Shown piece after piece: positions 19,074-28,174 of a stretch of 64,000 nt of DNA; position 1 is the stretch's first letter, and every line of letters begins with the position of its first letter. A program made the position numbers and the translations under genes. A model generated the notes under the pieces. It searched no databases, was not told the origin of the DNA, and saw only the letters and a list, made by a program, of their open reading frames with translations. The stretch is from the IMG/VR virus record IMGVR_UViG_3300026116_000005, positions 5,146 to 69,145 of that record; one strand, written 5' to 3'. Origin of the DNA: a virus.

Positions 19074-19574
19074 ATGGAAGTTACCAATCCCGATTTAAAA
19101 ACTATCTCTGCTATCTCGCTCGATCAAAAGGTCGAGGAGATCAATAAAGACGCGCAGCGGATCATTTACGCGGTGCCCGGCGTGTCGCCGATGAAACCGC
19201 CGAAGAAAAGAAAGCGGTCGCAATATAACGCCATCCAGCTCAAAGAGGCGGTTGAACTCGCGGCGGTCGTGGGCGTCGCAAAAGCTTCCGAGCGAAGCGG
19301 GGTCAAGCCCTCCAGTATCTATAAATTCGCCGAGCAATCAGGCCGAACGATCACCCATATGCGCGGGCGCGCCACGGTCATGCCTCAGCGCAAATACGCG
19401 GCCAGCCTGCTACGCGAGGCGTTTAACGTGGGGATGGAGTGGCATAAAAACACCGAGGTCGGCCTTCGGACGTGCATTTACCGGGCTGCCCAAAAGTACC
19501 GGATTAATGAAAACTATCTTTGGTCGCTCTACTGCTCGAAAGACCCGGTGCTCGGATTTGGAGGGGCGCAATGA
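19074..19574 (+). CDS. HTH DNA-binding protein
   Basis: LKEAVELA..VGVAKASERSGVKPSSIY and a second HTH-like segment AAQKYRIN..YL. Confidence 0.6.
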   Translation: MEVTNPDLKTISAISLDQKVEEINKDAQRIIYAVPGVSPMKPPKKRKRSQYNAIQLKEAVELAAVVGVAKASERSGVKPSSIYKFAEQSGRTITHMRGRATVMPQRKYAASLLREAFNVGMEWHKNTEVGLRTCIYRAAQKYRINENYLWSLYCSKDPVLGFGGAQ

Positions 19575-19786
19575 GTTGGATCGCTGTGAGTCTTCCTGAG
19601 GCGGCACTCAACGCAATCGCGGCCTACAAAGCGAACCCGACCCCGAGTAAACCACCGCAGCGCGTGACGCTTAAATGCGAGAACTGCGGTGCCAACCTTC
19701 CCGAGAATGAAAAGTGCGCCTATTGCGGCGGGATTAGCCGAATGGAGCCAAGCTCGCGGCTAGGTACGTCGACGATGAGCTTGTGA
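19571..19786 (+). CDS. Zinc-ribbon protein
   Basis: CENCGA.L...KCAYCG. Confidence 0.55.
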   Translation: MSWIAVSLPEAALNAIAAYKANPTPSKPPQRVTLKCENCGANLPENEKCAYCGGISRMEPSSRLGTSTMSL

Positions 19787-20034
19787 GCCCTGGCCCATGA
19801 AGCGTGCGTTTCGAGGTAGTGGTGGCAATCGCGGCACGACGCCAGCCACGTCGATTCATCGAGGAGTCCGTAAGAACGTGGGCGGAGCGTATGATGGACC
19901 TCGCTGGAAGCGCGCCGACATTCCAAAACCTCGCATTTGTCGTGAAGAGCGAGAAAAGCTACCCGCTTGCGAGAATACTCCCGATCATCTTTTTCTCGTT
20001 GAGCTGATCTAGGTTTGAGCCGGGACCGTTTCAC
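19720..20034 (-). CDS. HNH-like protein
   Basis: CEVLEC...SEVHH...WLASCRDCHH; GTG start overlapping the upstream gene. Confidence 0.65.
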   Translation of the reverse strand: MKRSRLKPRSAQREKDDREYSRKRVAFLALHDKCEVLECRRASSEVHHTLRPRSYGLLDESTWLASCRDCHHYLETHASWARAHKLIVDVPSRELGSIRLIPPQ

Positions 20035-20324
20035 GGCCCATCGTCTTGCCTCCTCTGCTCGGGAGTCGCGAGCCATATCTGCCACTCGGCCATGCGCCGC
20101 TTCGCCTCCGGGACATGCCAGCAATAGCGAAGGTTTTGCGTCTGGCCTTTGATGATCTTCGACTTCACTTGCTTCACGAAGTAGTCGCACGTACAGACGC
20201 CCCACCCGTTATTTCCGGCAAGATCGACAAGATAAGCGGCCTGGAGATCGGTGCGCGAGTTAATGAGCCAGCGCGTGATGTGATCGTAAGGCTCGTGCTC
20301 GGGCTTGGGTTTGGGAGGTATCAT
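20031..20324 (-). CDS. SWIM-type zinc-finger protein
   Basis: YLVDL...GVCTCDYF...YCWHV. Confidence 0.6.
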   Translation of the reverse strand: MIPPKPKPEHEPYDHITRWLINSRTDLQAAYLVDLAGNNGWGVCTCDYFVKQVKSKIIKGQTQNLRYCWHVPEAKRRMAEWQIWLATPEQRRQDDGP

Positions 20325-20378
20325 GCAGAGGGATTTCGCCTGATGGCGCTTTCTACGGCGGTGGACTACCGTTGCCCG

Positions 20379-20609
20379 ATGAACACCCTACTCCTTGCGG
20401 CGGTCGTCGTCAGTGGCGGCGGCTTTATCCAGTTCTTCGTTGGGCTGATTATTGTTTGGCTGCTCTTCTACGTGCTCACGATCATTCCGGGCGTCGATGC
20501 AGCTATTTTGAAGATTGGCCGAGTCGTTGCGATCATCGCGAGCGCCGTCTTGTTTATCAATTGGCTGCTCGGGATTGGCGGTCATCCGCTGTTTGTTTTG
20601 TACGGCTGA
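20379..20609 (+). CDS. Counter-oriented small membrane protein (76 aa)
   Basis: Two long hydrophobic helices separated by IPG..D..ILKI. Confidence 0.6.
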   Translation: MNTLLLAAVVVSGGGFIQFFVGLIIVWLLFYVLTIIPGVDAAILKIGRVVAIIASAVLFINWLLGIGGHPLFVLYG

Positions 20610-20679
20610 TTTCCGCTTTCTATAAACGTAGCCCTTGCGGCGTCTCTTAATTGTGACGCCCAAGGCCTTTAGCGTTTTG

Positions 20680-20982
20680 CTACTGGAGGCATCGAGGTCC
20701 AGAGTCCGTCCAGGGGAGATCGTGATAAGCGTTTTCGCGAATTGTTTTCGCGACCTTCTCGAAAGCTTTCGAGAGGCGGCTTCTGATTTCAAGGGCGCGC
20801 TCGGCGTCTTCGACTTTTCCATAGGCCTTGGAACAAACTATAAACCGAATTCCGTCTGCGGTTTTGACGACGATATATTTCGCGCCGTCGTGACACTTGC
20901 GAATCATAAAGCGGTACGTCGAGGGGTGTGAATCGAGTGCCGCGCTGACTTGCTCAGGTTCTAGCTCAATGAATTTACTCAT
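20680..20982 (-). CDS. YegP/DUF1508-like protein
   Basis: FMIRKCHDG.KYIVVKTADG..IVCSKAYGKVEDAERAL. Confidence 0.45.
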   Translation of the reverse strand: MSKFIELEPEQVSAALDSHPSTYRFMIRKCHDGAKYIVVKTADGIRFIVCSKAYGKVEDAERALEIRSRLSKAFEKVAKTIRENAYHDLPWTDSGPRCLQ

Positions 20983-20985
20983 GGG

Positions 20986-21023
20986 ATAAAAAGAATGGCC
21001 CCCAGCTTTCGCCAGGGGCCATC
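20986..21023 (-). terminator. Intrinsic terminator after the PEP-CTERM gene
   Basis: ATGGCCCC/GGGGCCAT stem followed by TCTTTTT on the minus strand. Confidence 0.75.
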
Positions 21024-21078
21024 AGTATCACTTCAGCGGGTGAACGCACCTACAAAAGAACATCCACCAGCCAAATAA

Positions 21079-21819
21079 TTAGGCAGTCGCAACCTTACTG
21101 CGGCGACGAGCGCGGATAGCAGTGAGTCCGATCAGCGCGGCGGCACCCCAAAGGGTGAACGTCGAAGCCTCAGGAACTGGCGTGCCAAAACCGATCTCAG
21201 CCGTGTTGACCCGAACGATAAAGTTGAAATCGTTGTGGTCGTTATCGTAGGTGCCCTTGCGGTCTTCGTCGCCAAAGACGAAATAATTATAGTTCGGATC
21301 GTCCGTGGACTCGAAAACCTTTACGCCAGCGGCATCAAACTGAGTGGCGCTCTGCCCGGTGGAAAGGTCATTCCAAAGAAACGTAACCAAGTTCGCCGGG
21401 CTGGCGCTAGAGCCGGTGCCGGAAATCTTGATCGTGTTGAGCAGGCCAGCAGCGTTAGCCGAGCTGTAAAGCGTGTTATCGGTGCCAGCGAGGCCGAACG
21501 TAGTGAGCGTATCGGTATCGGCAGCGTTGCGAAACACGAATGCAACCTCGGCGCTCACGTCGAAAGAGCCGTTGTTTCCAACAGCAAAATCAGTCGGGAG
21601 AAGCGTGCCGGTCACATCGCTAAACGTCAGACCTGGAAGGGAACTGAGCGTGAAGCTAGACTGCGACCCGAGCGTGTTGAAGATTGCCTGATCTGAAGCG
21701 TTGGCGCGCTGGTCGCCACCGAAAGCAGTCGTCCCCTCGTTGGTGTAGGAGAGCTGCGCGAAGAGGGCACTGCCCGACAGAAGGGCGAGGGCCAAATAAC
21801 TTGCGAACTTAAGTTTCAT
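21079..21819 (-). CDS. PEP-CTERM sorting-domain protein with DUF4114-like motif
   Basis: Sec signal peptide; S/T/N/G-rich body; GDEDR..YDNDHNDFNFIV; C-terminal PVPEAST + TM + RARRR. Confidence 0.9.
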   Translation of the reverse strand: MKLKFASYLALALLSGSALFAQLSYTNEGTTAFGGDQRANASDQAIFNTLGSQSSFTLSSLPGLTFSDVTGTLLPTDFAVGNNGSFDVSAEVAFVFRNAADTDTLTTFGLAGTDNTLYSSANAAGLLNTIKISGTGSSASPANLVTFLWNDLSTGQSATQFDAAGVKVFESTDDPNYNYFVFGDEDRKGTYDNDHNDFNFIVRVNTAEIGFGTPVPEASTFTLWGAAALIGLTAIRARRRSKVATA

Positions 21820-21856
21820 GTTGTGGTGTGATATATCGTTAACGACCCTCTGAGTT

Positions 21857-22693
21857 TCAGAGGGAATTGATTTTGGGGATGGTGGGAGAAACCATGTTCA
21901 CGTCGAGTGACGTGCCGACCTTTCGGTTGGAGCCAATGTAATAAGCCTGTCCTCCGAGAGTGATAAAGTTGGGCGCGCCACTGTCTCCATATTCCAAATA
22001 CGAGCCCGCAGGCTGAGGCGTGATCGTGGCATCCCAAACTCCGCCGGTGCCCTGTAGAGCGCGGGCAATCGTCGATTGCGTTGCGGCTGGCGTCCAGTTG
22101 TACGGCGCTTGTGTGCGGCTTCCAACGAGCCCGAAACTCACAGCCTGCTTTCCAGTGTAATCACCCAGTGCAAGAGAGCTGGTGAGGAGAGCTGGACTAA
22201 CGCTCGTGACGTTGGCGGAGAGGTAGTAGAGTTCCAAATCGCCAAAGGTGAGCGCAACGCTTTTGACCGTGGCAGTCTCGACGCCAGTGGAACTATAGAA
22301 CGAAATTCTATCGCCAGGCTTGAGCGCGTAGTGCTGCGCGGCTGCAACGACATTCGGACGAACGAGACAGCAAAGCTTAGGTGGGTTTCCAGCAACAACG
22401 CCGACCGACTCATAGAGATTACGAACGGTGATTGTCGCAGGCTTGTCGACCATCACTGTTTGCGGCGGAGGATTCACCGTTACCTGGACCGGAGCAGGCG
22501 TGACCATCACTGTTTCACCGCCCACGTTTGCCTGAAAAGGCGGAGGCGTCACCGTCGCCACATACGAGGGCGGCGTGATTTGAACCGGGACCTTTTGCGC
22601 CGCAGCTTGCTGACTCTGAGCGCCAAAAAATGCGGAGTTAACCGCATTGTTTGCGAATGGCTGATTTGCCGAAGAGTATGATTGAATGACCAT
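21857..22693 (-). CDS. Trypsin-like serine protease
   Basis: Catalytic triad contexts AAQHY, GDLELYYL, GDSGAP; Pro/Val/Thr-rich N-terminus. Confidence 0.75.
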   Translation of the reverse strand: MVIQSYSSANQPFANNAVNSAFFGAQSQQAAAQKVPVQITPPSYVATVTPPPFQANVGGETVMVTPAPVQVTVNPPPQTVMVDKPATITVRNLYESVGVVAGNPPKLCCLVRPNVVAAAQHYALKPGDRISFYSSTGVETATVKSVALTFGDLELYYLSANVTSVSPALLTSSLALGDYTGKQAVSFGLVGSRTQAPYNWTPAATQSTIARALQGTGGVWDATITPQPAGSYLEYGDSGAPNFITLGGQAYYIGSNRKVGTSLDVNMVSPTIPKINSL

Positions 22694-22785
22694 GCGAGCG
22701 GAATGCCGGAACGCTCACACTATAGCAACCTTTCGGATCAAAAAATGTAGGGGTTTAACTGGCGAGCGGCACGGTGCGCGCACTA

Positions 22786-23343
22786 TTACGCTCGACCGAA
22801 ATACGCCTTCGCCTCCCGCCAGGCCCGGTTGACGATTGCCATCGTGTTTGCATTGCCGCCTTTGTCAGGGTGATGGCGAAGTGCCGCACTTCTATAAGCT
22901 TCATTCACTTCATCAAAAGTAGCCGACACTCCCACTTGGAGGACATCGCGCCATGGTGTCGAGTCCGTGATGGGCGGAGGAAGCGCGACATAGCCCGCAT
23001 AATCTTTCTCCATTGATCCAACACCCCAGCCGCGCTGAAGCCTGGTTGATTCAACGTACTTCGCGAGAGCCCAAAGATTGTCCTCGATCTTACTCCACTT
23101 GTCACAAGGAAGCGCGTAGCGACGGCCCCTTAGCTTAAAATATATACAGACGCCTTTGTCTTTCGGAATATGACCGAGCGTCATGTTAGAGGATATGACA
23201 AGATCGCTCGCGTTAGAGATTTCGAGCTGCCTCTTAAGTTCGTCGATGGCCTGCGAAAGCGTGTGCGGCTTAAATCGCGACGCCGTTGGAACGGAAGTGC
23301 GCGGGAAATCGATTGGCCACGCGAGAGGGTAGGCAGTGCTCAT
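22786..23343 (-). CDS. Phage J-domain (DnaJ-like) protein
   Basis: AYPLAWP...VISSN...CDKW...WGVG N-terminal domain; C-terminal J domain with HPD (HHPDKGG). Confidence 0.85.
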   Translation of the reverse strand: MSTAYPLAWPIDFPRTSVPTASRFKPHTLSQAIDELKRQLEISNASDLVISSNMTLGHIPKDKGVCIYFKLRGRRYALPCDKWSKIEDNLWALAKYVESTRLQRGWGVGSMEKDYAGYVALPPPITDSTPWRDVLQVGVSATFDEVNEAYRSAALRHHPDKGGNANTMAIVNRAWREAKAYFGRA

Positions 23344-23540
23344 TTTTCCCACCCAATTTTCTTTGAGACATCAACAGGGTCGATGATTTCAGACCGCTTG
23401 CGTGCCATGGCCTTTATGGCGTACTCGCCTGATTCGCCACCCCAAAAGGGCGATCCAAGCGGATCGAATCGATTCCTCGATAAAAGCTGTTCATAGCTCA
23501 TGGCATCAATCTTGGATTTCAGTTCGTCGGTGAGTTTCAT
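23340..23540 (-). CDS. Small hypothetical protein
   Basis: Coupled ORF MKLTDELK.KID.MSYEQLL. Confidence 0.55.
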   Translation of the reverse strand: MKLTDELKSKIDAMSYEQLLSRNRFDPLGSPFWGGESGEYAIKAMARKRSEIIDPVDVSKKIGWEK

Positions 23541-24328
23541 ATAAACAACCTTGGGGGCTTCCCATTGGGAAAATAATTTCTCGACCAATGCCAATACTGC
23601 GCGACATGCCGATAAGCCTGATAGGCGTCGTCAAGTTCTTGAGTCGCCCACTCGCGCACGTAGAACGGCTCCGGCCTTAGCGAGTTAATCACGACAGAAA
23701 AACAACGGACTCCTAGCGGGAGAGAGAACATTTTTCGATGGGCCTCTCTGTAGGCGGCAAGCTGCATAAGCCAGGACTCTCGCCAATCTGGTTTTTCACC
23801 CGGCTTCACCGTGGTGCTCTTGTAATCTAACATGCAAATCTCATCGAATGGATTCATATAAATAAGATCGCACCGACCGGCTGACGGCACGTCGTGATCG
23901 ACAAGGATCAATTCCGCGTCAATCGAATGGTTTATATATCGCTCTCTGAAGTCCTCGTAAAATGGTATATAAGGCTGATAGGTTTCATTGACATGCTGAC
24001 CCTTCTCATACGCTTCAAAAGCCTCGTGGCATCCAGTGCCCCAGTCCGCTGCGGCCTCGGCGTGTTTCTTGGAGTCTAGGTTAACGCGCTTTGCAAAAGA
24101 AGTATCGTCTTCACCGGGGTAACGCGGAAGCGTTAGGCAAGAGTGAAGGACTTGATTCATTTTATATAACTCAAGTCCGTAGTTCCGCATTTCTCCGCAA
24201 ATCGTCGAAACAGAAGCATAGAGCAGTTCCTTCCGCGCTACGCGCAAGTCAACGCCGTAGCGCGGATCACCGTTCTTACGATACCAGTGACTACCGCGCG
24301 GCGGCGTGATAAATTTAAGGTCGCTCAT
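23537..24328 (-). CDS. PD-(D/E)XK exonuclease (recombination)
   Basis: SVSTI, GTGCH, E..L, AGRCD, LDYKS, QLAAY motifs. Confidence 0.85.
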   Translation of the reverse strand: MSDLKFITPPRGSHWYRKNGDPRYGVDLRVARKELLYASVSTICGEMRNYGLELYKMNQVLHSCLTLPRYPGEDDTSFAKRVNLDSKKHAEAAADWGTGCHEAFEAYEKGQHVNETYQPYIPFYEDFRERYINHSIDAELILVDHDVPSAGRCDLIYMNPFDEICMLDYKSTTVKPGEKPDWRESWLMQLAAYREAHRKMFSLPLGVRCFSVVINSLRPEPFYVREWATQELDDAYQAYRHVAQYWHWSRNYFPNGKPPRLFI

Positions 24329-24795
24329 TTTTTGGATGCCTCCCATTGTCTGTGGGTAATCCGATAACATTTCCTGCAATAGGAATTATGCCCGCGCGAT
24401 GCTGATCTATTTGGCGGAAACTTATAGCGCGACTGCACAAGGCCGCACCGGGAACACCTGCTCATTTCATCCGGGAGGTCCTTATTCCTTTTGCGCGAAT
24501 TGCGATGCGACTCTAGCCACCGAATGTTTCCTGGAACATATCCAGCCGAATCGATAATTCTATCTATAGAAGGTCTCTCCATGTTAATTGGCGGAGGATT
24601 ATCCATAACCCATGCGATCAACTCCGCCCTAGTAAATCCAATCGGAACATTCCTATAGCTGGGATCACTCCGCTTTCGATCAACAATCGCGGTCCACTTC
24701 GTGCCCGCCCAACAACGAAAGCAATACTTGCCGCGATAACGCGGGCGAGTACACCCTCCATTTCCGCAGGTACTTATAAACTTGAGATCACTCAT
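24325..24795 (-). CDS. HNH homing endonuclease
   Basis: PSIDRII...GYVPGNIRWL...N; flanking Cys-rich Zn fingers. Confidence 0.75.
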   Translation of the reverse strand: MSDLKFISTCGNGGCTRPRYRGKYCFRCWAGTKWTAIVDRKRSDPSYRNVPIGFTRAELIAWVMDNPPPINMERPSIDRIIDSAGYVPGNIRWLESHRNSRKRNKDLPDEMSRCSRCGLVQSRYKFPPNRSASRGHNSYCRKCYRITHRQWEASKK

Positions 24796-26096
24796 CTCGG
24801 AGAACGTGACGAACTTCTTGGTAGTGGCTCGTAATTGCTCCAGATAACATTGCCATTTGTTCCGATGCCCGATTTGCAAGCTCTCCAAGCCCATAGACCA
24901 TGCCCAGGGAGTCCTCCGCCACTTTCTTTTGATCGTCAACCGATTTATAGTTTTCCAGTTTACTCTTAAATCGGATCGACTTAACCACTCCGTCATCTCC
25001 TTTCTCGATCTCAAGGCACGCCCACGTCGGCGTGATCTCATAGAGATATTCCATGTGGGTTTGAGAGCATAGCAGGATAATCCCGGCGGCGTTATATTTT
25101 TTTAACACCTCCGAGATTTCGGCAGCGGCAAGCTTAAGATTCGGGTCTGGCATGGTGAGGGCTGTTGAGCGGTCCAGTAAATTTTGATCCTTGAACAAAG
25201 CGACCGGGATGAAGTTCGGCTTCCACTTGCATGGCAAATAACCGCCCATTGGTTGACCAAATCGGAACGACCTCCTCAGGCCTTTCATCGACATACGCCA
25301 ACCACAGGCCGGGACTGCGAATCATTTCCTTTACGCCGGGCAGAAGTTTATTAGATGGGATTTCTTGCATTGTTGATGGGTTTGATTTCTTCAGGGCTAG
25401 CCACGACGGGCGAATCCATTTTCAATTTAGTTCGGTCGTATAAACCGATGCGCTCACATATCCGCATCATTTGCGAAGGCTGATCCATCTTCTCTAGCAT
25501 AATGAGGGCACCAGCGCAGTGCTGTTCCTTGCCCTGGTTGCGCCGACTATGGTTCACGGTCTTGTGGCATGGAAACTCCCCGCGAACCAAGCCCCTAGCG
25601 ATCTCGTCAATTCTTCCGCGACGAAGAGGCACGCCCTTCCCATCGTTTCGAAAAGGGCAGTTCTCACATGGCTTTGTAAGTTCGTATTTCAAGAGCGGAT
25701 ATAAAGCGGAGCGAGCTGCGCGGTTTCTGGCCACGCGTTGCTCGCGCATGCGGCCATGTGACGAAGCTGAGAAAGTTGACTAGGGTTGAGATCAGTGCGG
25801 CGCGAAAGCTCCGTAAGGAATGCCATCACGCACACGCGTTTTTGAATTGCTGGGACATCATCCCAAGAGGGCCAGTGCTTGAATGGTCTGAGCTTCATTT
25901 CCTCCGGCGCAGTATGATTGAAGATCATTCGCACACAGTTGAAAATATGGCTCGTCTCCATTTCTGGAGGAGTCAGCACCTCGCCCTCCTGAGTGCGCCA
26001 GTGGAAATTTTCTACGTAATACTCGAAGTCTCCTTCATAAGAAGAATCATCGAAATCGCTCCACGGATCATCTCCGTTTAGGCAGTCGTCGAACAT
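24788..26096 (-). other. Four hypothetical genes (24788-25153, 25134-25370, 25351-~25700, 25689-26096)
   Basis: Coupled ORFs; the third has PCENCPFR...FPCHKT...HCAGA Zn-binding motifs. Confidence 0.55.
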
Positions 26097-26554
26097 ACTC
26101 GCTTTCTATCGGCTTCCTTGTGGTGTTTGGGGCAAAGCCATTGTACTTGGAGTGGTTTAGAATAATCCGGGTGGTGAGCCTGAGCGCGCTCGCCGCACTT
26201 CTCACATGGCTGACGAACTATCTTTCCATCACGCAAGGCGTTATTGAGTGTGATTTGTGCGCGACGCTTCTCTGGGTTGAATTCGATCCATCGAGCGTTT
26301 GCTTTATTGTGAGCGCTTACGCCCGCCGGACTTTTGGCGTATTCCTCGCGCGCGGCGACGCGATGAGGGAGCATGGAACGAGATCGGTCGTGCTCTCGCA
26401 CGCGATCCAAGTTTTTATTTCGGTGGTCAACAGAGTCCTTCTTTGTGCATTGCTTACACTTCCCAAGATGACCATCAGCCATCTTGGGGTGTTTATAAAA
26501 TTCAGAGAGCGGCTTTTGAGTGCCGCACTTGAAGCATGTTTTTAAGGAGGTCAT
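26078..26554 (-). CDS. HNH-type endonuclease
   Basis: CFKC..KPLSEFY...CKQC; PCEKC...AHHPDYSKPL.V.WLCPKHH. Confidence 0.75.
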   Translation of the reverse strand: MTSLKTCFKCGTQKPLSEFYKHPKMADGHLGKCKQCTKKDSVDHRNKNLDRVREHDRSRSMLPHRVAAREEYAKSPAGVSAHNKANARWIEFNPEKRRAQITLNNALRDGKIVRQPCEKCGERAQAHHPDYSKPLQVQWLCPKHHKEADRKRVCSTTA

Positions 26555-26561
26555 GCGCCTC

Positions 26562-27056
26562 CTAATTAAAAGGCACGTCTTCCAGGTCGTCGCCTGCCGG
26601 AGGATGGAATGCCGATCCATCCGCTGGTGGCTTTCCACGAGGAGGAGTAGGCCCAAATCCGCTACGCTCTCGGCTTGGAGGTGGCGGCTCATCGCCTTCT
26701 GTATCCGAATTCTGAGTACGTTGGCCGCTACTCAAAAACTGCACATTCTCGGCAATGACCTTGAGCTTACTCCGCTTTTGTCCGCTTTGCTTATCTTCCC
26801 ATTGGTCCATTTTAAGACGCCCCTCAACCATGGAAGGAGAGCCTTTGGATAAATACTTCGCCACGAGTTCACCCGTCTTGCCCCATGCTTCGATGTCAAT
26901 GAAGGACGTTTCGTCCCGCGTCTGCCCTGACTCGTCTTTGAACTGGCGATTAACCGCGAGCCCAAACTGACAGATTACAGTGCCCTTCGGGGTGACGCGC
27001 AACTCAGGATCGCGCGTTAGGTTTCCGATTAAAAATACCTTGTTTAAGGTGGCCAT
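26562..27056 (-). CDS. ssb: Single-stranded DNA-binding protein
   Basis: LNKVFLIGNLTRDPELR...VEGRL; acidic tail DDLEDVPF. Confidence 0.95.
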   Translation of the reverse strand: MATLNKVFLIGNLTRDPELRVTPKGTVICQFGLAVNRQFKDESGQTRDETSFIDIEAWGKTGELVAKYLSKGSPSMVEGRLKMDQWEDKQSGQKRSKLKVIAENVQFLSSGQRTQNSDTEGDEPPPPSRERSGFGPTPPRGKPPADGSAFHPPAGDDLEDVPFN

Positions 27057-27057
27057 G

Positions 27058-27816
27058 TTAGGAGGCTGGAGTTGTTGGTTTTGCTGCCTCGGTCGCAGCG
27101 TCTAGTTTGTTATTGATCCACTCGATTGATTTTTCCGCATAGCCCCGTTCAAGCTGCGCAGCGGTCTCGACCCCCGCATTTGCGAGAATCTTTTCCACCC
27201 ATTTTTTCCCGGTTGGCTCGGCGGAGAACTGCGCGAACTGGCGAAGCTGATCCGCCGTTGCTAACTCAACGTTTTTCCTGGGCTCTGGAGGGGTTGGCTT
27301 GGCTGGAACGGCAGGCTTCCGCGCGGGCGGCTTCTCTGGTTTGTCTTCGGGTTTTTGGTATCCAGCAAGTTCATACGTGCTGGCATCGGCGTCATTGTCG
27401 CCTTCAGTCGGAATACAGAAGACTTGGAAGTAACAATACTTGAGAGCGGCGCTCATTGCTTTGTTGCTGCTCTTGTCACCTGAATCCATCGCCTCACCCA
27501 CCATGCGGACGGTATGCATTGATCCGTCTATGACCGAGACGAAATCAAACTCCACGTCGAGGACGGTATAAAAAAGCGTGCCACCTGTCTTGGTCTGGAC
27601 TTCGCGCACATCGCGACTCATCACGCGCGGGAGCACGCAGAGCTGATGCTTCGCGAGCTGCGGGCCGACTGCGGCGTAGCAATCGTCAATTCCGCGAAAC
27701 TTGTAATGCTGGGTAGAATTTTCTCTGGTCTTACCAATGCCCTCGATGGACATGGCAGCTTGAACCGCGTTGATCGCAGAGTAAACCTTGGGAGTTTGGG
27801 TCTGAGTCTCACTCAT
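27058..27816 (-). CDS. ERF-family ssDNA annealing protein
   Basis: YKFRGIDD, GEAMDSGDKSSNKAMSAALKY, F.IPTEGDNDAD. Confidence 0.9.
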   Translation of the reverse strand: MSETQTQTPKVYSAINAVQAAMSIEGIGKTRENSTQHYKFRGIDDCYAAVGPQLAKHQLCVLPRVMSRDVREVQTKTGGTLFYTVLDVEFDFVSVIDGSMHTVRMVGEAMDSGDKSSNKAMSAALKYCYFQVFCIPTEGDNDADASTYELAGYQKPEDKPEKPPARKPAVPAKPTPPEPRKNVELATADQLRQFAQFSAEPTGKKWVEKILANAGVETAAQLERGYAEKSIEWINNKLDAATEAAKPTTPAS

Positions 27817-27841
27817 GTATTTATTTTTTGGATACTAAGAA

Positions 27842-28108
27842 TTAACCGCCTAGATCAGGCGGCGTTGTGGGAAACATTCTTTTCGCGCGTTCCTCAGCCG
27901 CTAAGGCCTTGGCGATCTTCCGCGCGTTGCTCTTGGTCTTCTTTTTTTGACGGGCTTCGATAGAGGCCTGCGTCATCTTCTCGATGTGGCCCGGCTTCTT
28001 TGCAGTTGTCTGCCCGCCTTTGCGACCGATCTCGCGCATGTGGTCGCGGTTCTCGGAGGTTTTCAGACCGCCGAGCCGCCCGGTAACTTTTCGGTATGGC
28101 TCTGACAT
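27842..28108 (-). CDS. KGG-repeat small basic protein
   Basis: GRLGG and HMREIGRKGGQ motifs. Confidence 0.65.
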   Translation of the reverse strand: MSEPYRKVTGRLGGLKTSENRDHMREIGRKGGQTTAKKPGHIEKMTQASIEARQKKKTKSNARKIAKALAAEERAKRMFPTTPPDLGG

Positions 28109-28174
28109 TGCTCGCCAGTTACGGCGGCGGCTCCCTCGCCAGCAAGTTAAAACATTGCACTCTCGTACAAAATT

